Assembly: GCA_025055595.1 (NCBI GenBank)
Contig: JANWWU010000066.1
Location: 11,147-75,146 of the forward strand
Direction: 5' to 3'
From: Planctomycetota bacterium
Lineage (GTDB): Bacteria > Planctomycetota > UBA11346
DNA: 64,000 bases
Shown here in pieces: positions 63,754-64,000 of the stretch; position 1 is the stretch's first letter; each line of letters opens with the position of its first letter. The notes below the pieces were generated by a model. That model did no database searches. It worked only from the letters and a program-made list of their open reading frames with translations, and was not told the DNA's origin. A program made the translations under genes and the position numbers.

Positions 63754-64000
63754 ATGCGGAACGCCGAAGAGCTCATCGCCCGCGACCTCGCCTGCGTCTG
63801 GCATCCTTGCAGTCAGATGCGCGACTACGAGACCTTCCCGCCCCTGCCGGTGGTCGGCGCCCGCGGCTGCCGGCTGCAGCTCGCCGACGGCCGGGAGGTG
63901 CTCGATGCGATCAGCAGCTGGTGGTGCAAGAGCCTCGGCCACGGCCACCCTGCCATCGTCCGCGCGATCCAGGAGCAGGCGGCGCGCTTCGAGCACGTGA
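63754..64000 (+). CDS. bioA: adenosylmethionine-8-amino-7-oxononanoate aminotransferase (class-III aminotransferase), 3'-truncated by window end
   Basis: ATG at 63754 gives MRNAEELIARDLACVWHPCSQMRDYETFPPLPVVGARGCRLQLADGREVLDAISSWWCKSLGHGHPAIV…, which matches the BioA N-terminal pattern (…HIWHPxTQM…SSWW…LGHxHP…). Confidence 0.8.
   Translation, partial: MRNAEELIARDLACVWHPCSQMRDYETFPPLPVVGARGCRLQLADGREVLDAISSWWCKSLGHGHPAIVRAIQEQAARFEHV

Noticed and set aside
63640-63760. Possible tRNA-like T-arm (ggtcgaatc) in the ilvB-bioA intergenic region
   Set aside because: I could not build a cloverleaf. The flanking stems do not pair into acceptor and anticodon arms, so it is most likely a chance match.

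Overview
This is a very high-GC, gene-dense bacterial chromosomal segment; GC is roughly 70% or more by eye, and codon third-position GC is strongly skewed. About 50 protein-coding genes can be supported, and no rRNA, tRNA, CRISPR or transposon was recognised. Most genes are housekeeping:

- SUF Fe-S assembly (sufBCDS)
- glutamate synthase (gltBD)
- fatty-acid genes fabV and fabD
- DNA repair genes uvrA and ruvB
- tRNA synthetase hisS
- amino-acid and purine genes cysE, ilvBN, purM
- folate gene folP with the cdaA-cdaR c-di-AMP module
- aat, and the start of bioA

Genes are packed head-to-tail with many ATGA/GTGA stop-start overlaps. Because of the GC content the six-frame track is dominated by long arginine-rich spurious ORFs in wrong or antisense frames. 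I picked real genes by recognisable protein families and non-degenerate composition, and set starts by residue offsets inside the track ORFs.

Several features suggest a Planctomycetota-like lineage, but that is inference only: DUF4388/PATAN domains, BatA-like double-TM proteins, secreted squalene-cyclase-repeat proteins and prepilin-type proteins.

The most unusual region is 46.2-56.9 kb. It holds a DUF4388-TPR-TM-PQQ-propeller protein, then two prepilin-type (pseudopilin) genes, then a 1611-aa membrane-anchored protein whose N-terminus resembles the T2SS minor pseudopilin GspK.

Other notable items:

- a cysteine-depleted IscU/NifU-like protein coupled to sufB
- an NrpR-like regulator immediately upstream of gltBD
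- an RsbU/SpoIIE-type phosphatase with a novel N-terminal tandem CxxC module, coupled to a PP2C phosphatase
- an 11-gene translationally coupled minus-strand operon that hides a small GTG-start gene
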